Source of the DNA: Catajapyx aquilonaris
Taxonomy: Eukaryota
Length of the DNA stretch: 64,000 bases
Direction: 5' to 3'
Assembly: GCA_000934665.2 (NCBI GenBank)
Contig: JYFJ02001665.1
Location: forward strand, 1-64,000
Shown here: positions 13,770-27,300 of the stretch, piece after piece
How the letters are laid out: the number at the start of each line of letters is the position of its first letter
Position numbering within the stretch: position 1 is the first letter of the stretch
Position numbers and translations under genes: made by a program
The notes under the pieces: generated by a model
Told to the model about the DNA's origin: nothing
Seen by the model: the letters and a program-made list of their open reading frames with translations, nothing else
Databases searched by the model: none

Positions 13770-14113
13770 CCTAGGTAGTGCTTTCACCCTATTAGGGTCT
13801 ATCGCACGGACCTTTACTTAAAGCGATCTTGTGAGTCCAAAGTATATATTACATGGTACCCAGATGGTACCTATTTCGTGTAACGCCTGGGCCCACGGGC
13901 AGGGTGACTAGGAAGGGATGTGAAAAGTGCAGTGCAATGTCGTGGGTGAGGTCATTTTGTGAACTCCCCCGGGTGGTTAGTCGAGTCCCACCCGAGACGA
14001 AGCCAGAGTTGCAGAGATGGCCCGAACTCTGCACGACATGAAGGGGGGGAACCCCGGGCTGGGATCGAACCCGGGGTGGGCGCGTGCGTTACCGTAGCGC
14101 CACTCCGGCTCCC
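13770..14113 (-). mobile_element. tRNA-derived SINE (different family), tail-to-tail with the family A copy
   Basis: Reverse strand begins gggagccggagtggcgctacggtaacg...GGTTCGATCCC and runs into the shared AAT/ATT tract. The 3' boundary is approximate. Confidence 0.55.
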
Positions 14114-15331
14114 TGACAAAAGCCAATTACATCCAATTATGTGGCAAAGTGAAAGCACTACGGTATTTATGATATACCCACGTGGTATCCCCATTATGCC
14201 GTTCATATCGGCTTGTGCGTGCTATAAGTATGTCGTAACTTTCCATCGATATTATTATTTTATTATGTCGTTAGTGTGTGTGCATCAAAATTTTACAATC
14301 TATGAAGCTCACAGTAACCATAATCTTCGCACCTAATACAGTCGACTTATAAATGTAATTTCGTTCTATAAATTCCAGCTGAATATTGGCAGGAAGATAT
14401 TAAGATCTTATCAGATCAAATCTTTTATTGTTACATAATTTGTCTCAGAGCAATGATTTATTAATATGTATTAATGATCTGTTTTGCCTGATCCTTTTAG
14501 CTTAAAATCGACACTGTAAGACAGTTTTTATTCTTCAGCAATGTGTGATCATACATCATTCTGATCGTGCATATTCTTGGAAGTTGAAATGTCATATATC
14601 ATTTTAAAATTTAACGTGGCTGACCATAAAATGCTACATATTTCACAGAATTCTTGCACTTTTCTTCTCACTTTGTATGGTTAAAAAAATGTATTTGTTT
14701 ATTATTCAGTTTGGCCTCTGACAACCCTCGGAATATTGTTCAACAAGTGTGTGTCCATCCACGCTACACCGTTGGTCAAAGTCCGCATAATATTCCTGGC
14801 CATTGTTTGCCCATATTCACATTTCTTTCTAAAAATTATCAGCAAGGTTGTGATAGGTAGATACCGTGCACTTGGTGAATTGCAATCTGTTTGCGAAACA
14901 TTCGTTACATAGCCGTACTACAGCATGTGGAAGATACACAAGAAAGAGGGTATAATACAGGCCACAAGAACACAGTGATAATCACAGAGAATCTCATGAA
15001 TGAAAATTGCACCTCGGTCCACCGTGTCCTCTGCGGACAGATCAAGTCATACAGGAGAGAAGGGGTATCAGGCGATATAATTGCACAACAACTAGGGATA
15101 TCCTGTCTATCAGCCTGATTGTATCCAGCACGTTTCAAGGCAACTTAACTGTGAAAGAAAAAATTATTTACTTCAGGTAGTTAGCAGAAAACACATGCCC
15201 CAGTCATTATCATCAGAAGGCGCCAAAAGTTTTGTATTCTCTTCTTCGCATTCGTTCCAGGAGGAGATCAGGGTTCTCAGATGCTTCTGTGAAACAGTAC
15301 ACCTCCAGGAGCCCCAAGCGCAGGCGCCAAG

Positions 15332-18300
15332 ATGGGACAGTTTAACTCACTCCCGGAAAAAGTCAACGTGTCATTCGAGGACGAAATGGTAAGTAATTAA
15401 CACCCTCATCGGCTGCTCTCCAAGTGTCAGTGCGCGGGCTAATGAAGTGCTGAAGCTGCAGTGCTGGGATGGGGGAAGAAGTGCGGGGATTGCCACCGGT
15501 ATCAGGGAGAGACAAAAAGCAGCAATCGCGAGTGGTGGTAATGAGCGAGAGTGACTTTCACTGGTTGCTCATAAATAACACGGGTTTCTTCACCAAGCTT
15601 CCGTCTTACGCTCTCAAGACGTTTGATACCTCCCCAGCCCCCTACCCCAACTCCCAAAGACAGTGAAAAATGTGACCATCCTATGTCCGCAGATTGTCCG
15701 AGGATACAAGCGTTCGAGAGTGAGACTGCTCATGGTCGTGGTGCTGACCCTGATGACAGGCGGTCTGCTTTTGCTACTTTTGACCTGGAAAAAGAGTATC
15801 AAGTTTGATCTGGCTTACAGACGATGCCCCCTCCTAGTGGCTGATAAAGTATTGCTCCAGGTTAGTCCCTCATATGTCTTCATCATCCACCTTAACCTCC
15901 AGAGACTGACCTACCCTTCCTTTTTTTAGGACATCTACAATCAGTATTTTGAAGAGGATGTACAACGTCGAGACCCCGGAACGGACATGGAGCAGGTGTA
16001 CTTTTACAACAAGAAAATGAAATACATCTATGACAACAATATGCACGAATTCTGCAAACTCAGGTAAGTGGCAGTGAATAATCGGGTTAAGACTTTGGTG
16101 CTCCGGTGCTCCAAGGTTCTCCGAGGTGTCCCAAACGGGTGTTCCGCGTACCGTACTCTATCCTGTTCCGGGAATTCGGTGCTCCAATGCAATTTCTCGT
16201 GAAATTCCAGTGATGGCTTTAAAAATAATTGTGGTACGTGCCACTTTGCAACAATCCATCGCCCTCGCTGTTTACTTACGTAAATGTAATTAAGAACCAC
16301 TGGAGTAATTTTTGAGAATAGCCTGTAAATTAATGTATTTCATTGTCACACTTCAGTGGAAGTCAATGATAAGGTGATAAGATAAGCTTACCAGGTTGCC
16401 TTTGTTGAAGTAGCCTACATACTCAGGACATACTTTTTTCATGAAAATAACAATTAGGCATATTTGTACTGGGGAGTACTGGGATCTACCATTCATAAAT
16501 TACGTCACATTTCTTCGGGGAACAAGGGAATGTACATTCCACGTGACGATCCACGCTAGGTACGAAGGAACAAAAGCGCAAGATATGTGTAACGTCACGC
16601 TGCAATGTACCTAGAATTCCCAATTGTGTTGACTCAGGTTATACAAGAATAATAATAATAGATGCATTCTCTAACTAATGTACACAACCTGAGAAGAATG
16701 CCTCCTTGTTCTGCAAATTCGGACGCGTTCCTTTCGTCTGATATGGCATTGTTATAGCTCTGCTCAAGCCATTTCCGGCCCATAATCAAACTGGCGTTTT
16801 AATTTATCTATGACCTCCTGAGAAGAACCATATTGGCCTTTTAGGTCAATTTTGAATTAATTAAAATATTATAAACTTCATAGGCTGTTTAAGTGACAAT
16901 TCTGCAGATACATATTTCTCATTAAACTAACACAAAAAAAACAGCGCGTCTGGAAGAAAATTTGTCACATCTATTACAACTTGAAGTTCGTGATCCCCGG
17001 TGCAGATGTAATTCTAGCTGTACTTCCATAACGTTATGAGAAAGCCATAAGTTTACCAGAAAGATGAGATCAGAGTTGGCTTTTTAGACCTCTTTGGGAA
17101 CGAGTCAACTCGTTCAAGGCGTCAAATGGTCGTCTCATATTGTGTCTGGTAATGTGATGCTTCAAGGGTAAATTTTGCAGCCTGCCCAGTTATAAATAAA
17201 GGCAGCAGATAAGACCTGTCACCATGTCTTCAGGAGACAATGAGCACTGACTGACCAATAAAAGTCAGGCAAGCAATGTATCAGGTGGACAAGGCCACAG
17301 AGATCACGCCGGAAAGTTTTTGGTTAAAAAAAAGTCCACCCATGAATTTTACACAATGCAACACGATATTTGTCCATGGAAATTCAACGCTGTTTCCATG
17401 TTCCGTAGGTCACTGGTAACTCATAATGGCCATTTATTTTGCATCAAATTTGTTTTTGACCTCCGGGCTAACAGAGTTTATTGGGCGATATAGCCTAAAA
17501 AGGCCCTCCAGCCATTCATACAGGGATAACAAAAAACACTATAAAAATTAAACTCCAAAGTTCCCAGGTTGACCTCCGGGCAGTCAAAAAACCAAATTCC
17601 TAGATATAGGGGTCATTCCGAATCAAGTGGGTCGAAACGCCATCTCCGATTTTGGCGTAATATTTCTCAGCTGTACACACATATGCCATAACGCTGCATA
17701 TCAAGTTTCGTCCATATTAATTTGAGTAATACAGTGGGGAGGGGGAAATTCGCGAAAATTTGAAAAAAGGCTGCAAATGAGGCCTTTTTTGGACAATTTT
17801 TTTTGGTTAGTGGAAGTGGTCAAATCCCAATAAACTATTAAATGAAAGATACATATCAGGGAAATGCGCCTATAGGGAGTTGTTTTTTCTCTAAAATGTA
17901 ACCAGGAAAATTTGCGTGGCATATCATCGCTCACATGTCCAAGAATTTGGATACTTGAAAATTAATGATGTACCGTATATCTGCAAAACATAATCTATTA
18001 TTTTCTGTCGAGCCATGCATGAACCAGACTTCAAACTGAACATATTACACCTTTGTATCGCTCACAACTCCTTTCATCAAATATGGCTGCTGTTACTCAA
18101 ATACATCACTAATTGTTGGATTCTAAATTCTTGGGCATGTGACTGAGCATGTGACCAATGGAATGCCGCGCACATTATTCTGGCGGACATCGGCTATGGG
18201 GGCTTGCAGTGTAAAACAGTGTAACTCGGTTAATTTTGATCGAATTAATTTTATTTTCATTATACCAGAAGGTAATATAGCCCTGCTTACCCTGATGACT

Positions 18301-21300
18301 CTAAAAACTTAAGGTTGCAATTATGTTAGTAGATAATTGGGGTCCGGGTCCTGGCGTTCCACTTATGTGGTTTTGCATTGCATTTTGTTCTTGGGCCCGA
18401 AAAAGCTACTTTCCATTTGAAATATCTCATTAAGCTCAAAAATACCTGAAATATACGATGTGTGTGACAAAATGCCGCTTCCATATTTAAGATTGGTCCA
18501 CGAAGAAGGGAGATCCTGATGTCCATTTCCGATCATTTACGCAAGGCCGATGTCCACCATTCCTGGCGACGGTTATATTTTAGAGGAAAACTAACTCCAT
18601 AGGCACATTCACCTAGTGATTTTCCTTCATTTGATTTATATGTTCATTGAGTTTTGACCACTCTCAATAACATGAAAAATTATCCAAAAAAGGCCTCATT
18701 TTCAACCTTTTTCAAAATTTGGCGATTTTTTCCGTGCTCACGGCATATAGGCAGCGGCATTGCGAAATATGGATGAAACTGGACATGCGGCGTTACGGCA
18801 TGTGTGTGTGTGGGTGCAGATGTGATGTTTCACAAAAATCTGAGCTGGTCTAGCAACATTTTTCCCACATGATTCGGCGTGACCCCTATATTTTGAGGGA
18901 TTTCGGTTTTTGACTGCCCCACGGTCAAACACAACTCTGAGACAAAATGATTGGTCATTATGAGTTACGAGTGACCGAACATGGAAATAGCGATGAAATT
19001 CCACTGACAGAAAAAAGTTGATTTTTATTGCACAGTGTATTACTGATAATTATATAGGAATAAAACCAGGGGTCGAAATATTCGGATGCAAAGGTGCAAA
19101 TTGCACTCCAAAATTGTTATCTGCACTCCAAAGTGAGTCTTGGAGTGCAAAGTTCGCACTCCAGTTGGCCCTGCTTATTAACATGGCTAAACCCAGTAAT
19201 TAAAAATTACAGCACTCCAAGTAATAAATGCACTTGTACAAAAAGTTTAAAGGGACACTCCACTCAAAATGCAAGTTGGGCTCTAAAAATCGGGCAAAAA
19301 ATCCTGATTCCGAAGGTGCAATCGGTTTTTTTCTACGCGGAACAGAAAAGCCAGGACGAGGCGTTAAAGACTCAGAATTTGCGTCGTCTGCTAATGAGCT
19401 GCCCCGCCAGCCCAGTCCGCCACCGCCGTGAGCGCCGCCACTGGGCGCTAGGCGAAAGTGTTTAAGTTCTGAAAGTCGGGTCGGGTCAAGAGGTGGCGGG
19501 ATAAACCTGTGGGACGGACCAAAGATGGCGCGGACCATGGCGTGGATCAAGATGGCGCAGGAATATGCCAATTTCTGCCCAGTCCCGGGAGAGGCGCTGC
19601 TGTTTTGCGGCAGATTCGAATTGCCTAACTTTGACGGCTCGCCCTGACCTTACCGTTCGTCTCTCAGAAAAACTGCTTATACACTCGGAATCAGGATTTC
19701 TTGCCCGATTTTTAGAGTCCAACTTGCATTTTGAGTGGAGTGTCCCTTTAAGATTCGACCTCTGAAACACAAGCTAATAAGTGTCGCGCTACTCTCTGAA
19801 GACCTGTAATCACGCAGTTTGCATTTTTCTTTACCCCAGGTCATTCGACCAGGGCAAGGCCTTACGTGACCTGCACATGCTCTGCGATGGACTCACCAAA
19901 GAGAAATGCTCCACCAGGTATAAGACCTTTGGCAAGAATTTGATCCAAGTTAGCGTCCTTCCCATCATTCTTCTCATTTTTTATGAGGTAAGTGACTGCA
20001 AGTCTAATTTTGATCAATAGTAATTGGTTCTCATCTGACTCGGTTCTTTCACTAGGCCGTGAATCCGTTCTACATCTTCCAAGGCTACTCTGTTATTTTG
20101 TGGTCTGTCGAGTTGTACTACAAGTTTGCCATAATCATCGCAACGCTGTCCTGCTTGTCCATCGCATCCAGCGTGTGGGAGACCAGAAAGGTGAGAGATT
20201 GTCATTCACCCCTTCTCCTACTTTCCCGTCAACATTGGTCAATCAACTTGGTGGCTATCAATAGAAAGGGCGAGAGGCTCTCGACCGGCTTCTAGCGAAC
20301 AATAGCCTGCATGCATGAGGCGCGGTAGTTGCTTAAACCTAATATACGGTCATGTTCATTTTATTCCAGCAAAGCCGAGCTCTGAGAGAAACTGTCAAAA
20401 CCCAGTCGCAAGTGGTAGTACTTCGTGATAATGAAGGTATGTTTCACTAGTCCACTCCCCTTGATTCTCCCTATGAAAATAATTATTACCAGTAACCCAT
20501 GAAAAATCAGAGACAGCCACGGGCCAACCCAATGTCACTCTATTTAATATGAAATTAGGCTACTATAGGTTGTAACAGCTGATGTACTCTCAGCCAATGT
20601 GATGTGTACACTCCTCGATTGTTTTTTTCTGCCAGGATATATTGACTTACGCCTCTTCACTGGTCAAACAAAGGGGCACTCCTCATTTGCTTGCCTGAAA
20701 GAAAGAGCTGATTTATCCCCTGTTAAGCTATGATCCATACAGTTATAGATTGGAATGTATTCGATGATGTGGAATCAAGCCTGATTAGAAATATTTGAAG
20801 CAAAGTCATTTTTGTTGCAATGTTGATGATTCGTCATGGTAAAATTTTTAGAGGCAGCAGTGATATTCATATACACAATCAAACTGGGAGGGGGGGGGGG
20901 ATCACAATCACATCTTGGTAGAATATTGCTGCTGTACGCCAGTCTCAGACCTGAAACATCTGGTGTCAACGTCTTCCTAAAAGTGGTATGACCTTTCTTG
21001 CAATTGCAGTCCGGAATATTAGACAAAATACCAAGACGTGGGACAAAAATGATGATTGTAAGGCTCAGAACGGAAGGTCTAAAATACATAATTATGCAAA
21101 GATGACAGAAAATACCAATAAAGAGTGATAGAAAGGGTCAAATAATAATGTTGGTATTGGAATGCGTTCTGTGGAAAAGGGAATGAATATCTCGTATATT
21201 ATTTAGTAAAAAGGAAACTAGCAGTCATCAAATGATAAGCAATTAGCCAATGACCTAGAGCAGTAATTTATTCATATGGATATTATTAGGCCAATATTCT

Positions 21301-24300
21301 ATATGAAGTTTATACTGCTAATCAAGTGTCGCATCACGAAAGCATAGAAGCTGCTTAATTAGACTCTATGGAGCGTGCAAAAAGTTTCTTACCACCTGTC
21401 GATTTAATCAGTAATTAGTAATTACCTATACTTCCATTGTCTGGGCTTTCTCTACCATCCGGACATCTTTGCAATATGTTATTTCCCACTATTGCAGATT
21501 AATTTTGTGCTGAGTTTGCAGGTATGATCGGGTATGATGCATAATTTGTCACGAGCCAGTTGTTTTTATGCCAGTAAGTTAATTATAGTGCTCAGTTTTT
21601 CTAAAGACGACAGGTGAAGACCTGAAATTCAGAATTTTGGTCAAAATTGAGTTTGGCGTTGCTTAATGTATTCCTCAAAGCGTACTTTCTAATAGTAAAG
21701 TCACTTATTCAGTCAATAAAATACAGGAAAAGGTTTTGTAATAAAATTCATCATACGTAGAATCTTTTTCTTTGGCGACCCCTGAAACTCGTCTGGTAAA
21801 ATTCGCGCCCCCTATACTTCCAATTCAACCATTCCAAGTCAGTGACAATAACAGCTAAATTAATACATCTCTTCGTTTACGGGCATATTTTTCCAAAGAG
21901 ATAAAATCATTTTGTAAAAATAATTTGTTACCCTCCTTCGCGCCCCCACAGTTTGGGAAGCACTGCTACTGTATAAGAATGAATGTAATCTTAAAACTCA
22001 TCTAGAATCCAGTCAAATGTGATTTTGATTGTTCTGCCTATAAATTAATCTGAAATTAAATTTACCCTCAGTTTGATTTTATACTCTTCCACACATCGAA
22101 ATCAAAACACTTTGAACACATCCAGTCATATTCATATGTGGAGGGTTTTCTTTCATGTAGCACGGTGATGTGTAACAAACTGTACCGTATAGGCTACTGA
22201 ATATTGATTGTACTGATTTCTCATTCTTATACGCCCATAAAATAATTACTTCAAGCCCAGAAGGGGTGAGGTCCACTAACAGTGCGTGACGAAGGTGGAA
22301 GATGGGGCGGCCGTATAGCAAGGTTCCGACATGCATGGCGTAACACTCTGAAGAGTGCAAGGAAGAGTGCGTCCATTTGAATTCAGTATTATGCAAAAAC
22401 ATAAATCGTTATTACTTTCGCAAACAATTGCCGACCAATGAACAATAAAGAAGTGTAGTTATTTATATTATTTATATTAGAACCCATTGATAAGATAATT
22501 CATCAAAACTCTGTCCACATGAGTGTCCTCTGTCCGACCCGAGGATTGGACTCTGGATCTCAGGGATGAAAGGCTGCGCACTAACCACTATACCAACTTG
22601 ACGACCCTGAATTACACTATAGATGGACAGACAAGCTCAAGAAGCTGTCACCATGACGAGGCACATCTATGGTTCAATCTCACTATAAGGCCGAATCGAG
22701 CGTCATCACAACCACGTCTCTAGCGCGTCTGGGCCTTAGTGTTATATAGTGTAAGAGCATAATATTGTAGTAGCCTATACTGAGTCAATCTTTTTTTGAG
22801 AGAGGATATTTAGTAAAAGAACCCAAGTGGGACTCGTGATGGAGATAACTACATATTGGGTGGTAATAATCGGGTAATAATGGCTGGCAATCACATGCCT
22901 CCCTCCCTGATTGGCTGAAAGAGGCAGGTCCGATGTCGTGAAACGCGATATTATCTTGCGGCTGGCTTCGAGTTGAGTTTCCGAAAAGGTTTGGAAAATG
23001 GAGATGTATCATACACTGCACTTATTCCGGATGCTACAATCATTATGTACCGCTAAGTTACATGTTTTGAAGCAAGTGTAAGAATTTTATAAAGTTTTAT
23101 AAAATCTAAACACATAAATTGGAGCACAACCCAGTAATAATGATAATGATAATGATGATGATAATAATAATAATAATAAACTGGATTGGACACGCTTGTT
23201 AGTACTTATATGCTTATCCTGGCAAGAACTATAGCTGAAGAAATGAATCAACATGCTGTACAACATTTGGAATGCCAAACAGCATCGTACGTGACGCATT
23301 CCAATCCAATGATTCTTCCTGCTACTTGAATGTATCGCGCGTACAATACGTGTGTCAGGGTGAGCATTTATGTGACCGAGAGTGGTAATGCACGTAGAAG
23401 GGGAAAGTGCAAGCTTTCTCTGCTGAAGGCCGGTTTGTAAGAGGTCTGAGCTGAAAGTGGGGGGCAAAAATTAATGATGGCCTGCAGTGGGGGATTAGAC
23501 CCATCCATCTCTGCATTGAGATTCCTCTCGGGTCAGCGCTGAAAGTGAGCGCTGCTTGGGAAGGAATTCTTTTCTTTACTATTTTTTTAACCTCATCTAC
23601 CCATCTCAGAGGTCATGGCAGATGATGTGCCACTTTTTTCACGTCAATACTATACCTCCTGCTGCATTTTGAAGGCGGATGATTATTAATTGTCTTTAAA
23701 ATTTATTGGGTGTCGATCATCCTGGACAAATGACATGCCTGATTTTTTGATTCTCAGAACAAACGTTGTCGTCGAAAGAATTGGTACCTGGAGATATCAT
23801 GCTGCTTCCTACTTGTGGTGAGTGCACTTTGGAGTGCGATGCAGTACTACTTACCGGAAGCTGCACAGTGAATGAAGCCATGCTGACTGGGGAATCACTT
23901 CCAGTCGCCAAGGTACAGCAGCAAGCATTTTACATGTTAATTAGTTGTTCGTGTGTGTACTGATTGCTGAATGCCACCATGCTCATCACTCAGGTAGCCC
24001 TTCTATTCGCCATGGAATCTTTCGACTACGAACGGCATAGGAAGCACATATTGTTTTGCGGCACGGAGCTTCTTCAATGTCGACTCCCCACAGGGGTACA
24101 AATCAAAGCTCTTGTCATTCGAACGGGTAAGTTGATAGGGTGTGTGGAGGTGTCAGCAAACTCCATGTAATTTGTCATTATTTGGCAGGGTTCATGACCA
24201 TGAAGGGGGAGTTGGTACGTTCCATACTCTTCCCCAAGCCCCTGGACTTTCAGTTCTATTCGGATTTTATGAAGTGTGTCTTCGTGTTCCTAATTGTGGG

Positions 24301-27300
24301 CCTGGTTGGCATGGTGTATTCATTTTATGTGTGGACCGTAAATGGCGTACGTATACTGCATTTATGAAAAATCTTGGCCTGTTCCGGCGCCATCTCATAC
24401 TTATTTTATATACAGGGAACCCTGCAAGAAATCTTGGTGAATGGACTGGACATAGTGACATTTGTGGTTCCTCCGTCTCTTCCGGCTGCCCTTACTGCTA
24501 TGAACAGCTTTGCCCAGAAGCGGCTCAAAAAGGAAGACATATTCTGCCTAAGTTCCAAATACATCAGTCTGTGTGGGACCGTCGACCTCTTTTGCTTCGA
24601 CAAGGTAAGTATACACTACCGTTGGATGCTTGGCAGGTGGGTGACCACAGCAACCTTGTTGGTCCCATGAATCAACCAATGACAATTATACAACAAAATA
24701 ATCAAAGATGCTAAATTCGCATTCTTTCGGCAGACAGGGACACTTACTGAAGCAAGTCTGGATTTTGCTGGCGTGGTTCCTGTGAGGCGTGCATGCTTCA
24801 CGGAGGCCATCGAATCCCCAACCAGCCTTCCCAACAGTGATCCTCTAGTGATTGCAATGGCTTGCTGCAACTCTCTGGTCATGCTGGGAGGCAAAGTGGT
24901 GGGCTCTCCTGCTGACTTGAAGCTTTTCCAGGCTGTAGAGTGGGTAAGAGAAGCAATTGCTCGAATCAGAATTTACAGACCTACAAATTCAAATCAGTTC
25001 TACCAAGGTTCTACAATGCTCGCTAGAAATAGACTTTGTTAATCAACGACAAGTAAGACAGATCATACTTGTATTTTTGACACCTGTTATTGTCTCCAGA
25101 TACTGCTGGAGCGCAATGGACTAAATCCGGAGTACAACAACATCCACACTCTCGCCATTTTACGCCCCGACAATGAGGATGACGATGTGGAAGTGGCGGT
25201 TGTGCGTGTCTTTCCCTTCGATTCTGAGGAGCAAAGGACTACTGTCTTGGCGGTGAATAAGGATACTCCTGCTGGTCAATGCGACGTTTTCATCAAAGGG
25301 GCTCCGGAGAAGATTGCTAAGTTGTGTGACCCATCCACTGGTATGACAATTTTGATTTAATACGATAGAAAAATAACGCCAACCACAGAATACGAATGTT
25401 GGGGGGGGNNNGGGGGATTCGGTCTGTGTCACAGGACAAGGAGAGGATGAGACCCAAACGGAACCTATAGGACATAGGTTCGGTATAAATCCAACGCAGT
25501 GGACGTAATGATCATGTAACGGCAGTTGTCCCATTTAATGCCCAACAAAACACAATACACACTTCCTTGACCTTACATCTGCTTTTTCAACACACTATGG
25601 CATATGCTCGTAATCCCCCTTCCTTTCCCCTGTTGCATCCAAAACATCAACCAAATAATACCTTGTCACAATCAATGAATCAATCCATACATTACTCATT
25701 TAACCTTGCAACAATTGACACCAAAAATAAAGAACCTTAATGATGCAATAATGGGGAAGGTCGGTTGCACAAATTCCCTGAACATCACACTTTTATACAG
25801 TGCGTTCAACATTTCCACCAAAATAAAGAATACCCGATGATATAACCCTGGGACGAATAGGACATACAATCTCACTGAACCTCACACTTGCCGTGCGTTC
25901 AACCTGCCCCCAAATCCCTCAACCATGAACCCTGAATCCCGGTTCAACAATACCATTAGCAAAGGGACTCCCAAACCCAATATAACACTGAATACTTACG
26001 TAAATGTCAGTAACAGCAGCTCCTCCGGACAGCCTCACATCGTGAAGCTCAAAAAGGGTCTGTTCATGCAAGGTCAGATAACTCGGTCTGCCGGGATGGA
26101 AGGTAATGGCCCCATTGCACGATCGTCACATTCAACTGTGACAGTCTGATAGGGTAGTGCAGTGTATCTGAGCCGATGTGAGCCTTCCACCTCGGAGGTT
26201 CCGCGTTCGTTCCTCGGGTCGGACGGATTTTCTCCTGTGGTAAAAGTTTCGAGATGCTTTCCCCGGTTTCGGATATAGGTTTATTCAGGATGCTTTCGTG
26301 TCCTCCCACATTCCAAAATTCATCTCCTCTTACGATGCCGTATACGTTATTTGAGTTTTTCTTTCCTGATTCTTTAGTTGCTTGGTCATGGTTGCTATAC
26401 AGCCTATAGTGCAACTGCGAAAGGTTAACACCTGCTCCATATGAACCAACAACAACAACATTCAGTCCGAGTCTTCTACGCTCATATGGGGTTTTTTCAG
26501 TATCTTGCTATCGGTAATTGTGTGCCACTCCTTCAGCCCCATGTTCAGAAGAAAAAAAAAATGTACGGAATGATCTTACGGAAGTAAACAGCAGGTGTCG
26601 ACAGGACCTGCTGTGACTCCAACCGGTTTCTCAGCAGGAGGCTATTAGGAACTACACTATTGTTCCCCCGTTAGGCCTTTCGATGGTTCTTGTCCGCTAC
26701 CCAAACCCATATCTTCTGTCCCCTCTTTCCAAGATTTTTTTTCAGTTTGAGTCAAAATAAATTTGAGAGTAGGCTAATTTCGCAAACAAACAACAGATGA
26801 GCCATATGATAATAATAATTATTGATTATAACTATACACTGACACCTTTCTTACAAAAGTTGATTATACTTTTCCCATATTATATCACTGCCATGTTATG
26901 TAATGTCAATTTTATATTCCTTCGTTGTATCGTGCAGTAGCAATAATGCAGTAATGATTAATTTCCCCAGTTCCTCCATTATTTTCGACCGCCTTGCAAT
27001 GGTATGGACAGCAAGGGCTACGGATGCTAGCCCTAGCATGGAAACCATCGCAACCCATGTCTGAAGATCGAGAAACTTTGGAAACTGGAGCTACTTTTTT
27101 GGGACTGGTTCTCTTGGAAAACCAGGTCAAACCGGAGACCCAGAAGGTTCTACGAGAGCTACACGATGCAGGTATCACTCCCATTATGGTGACAGGTAAG
27201 CATTGTATAGTGAGATTTATGTAGCGATTCCATATACACATGATTTGATTTCTGGCAGGAGACAACCTGCTGACAGCTCTGAGTGTAGCCAGAGTCTCTG

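Noticed and set aside
15469..15666. ORF MSESDFHW... as ATPase exon 1
   Set aside because: It ends in a stop with no suitable donor; exon 15332-15388 joins in phase and gives the expected ...EDEM|I..GY context.
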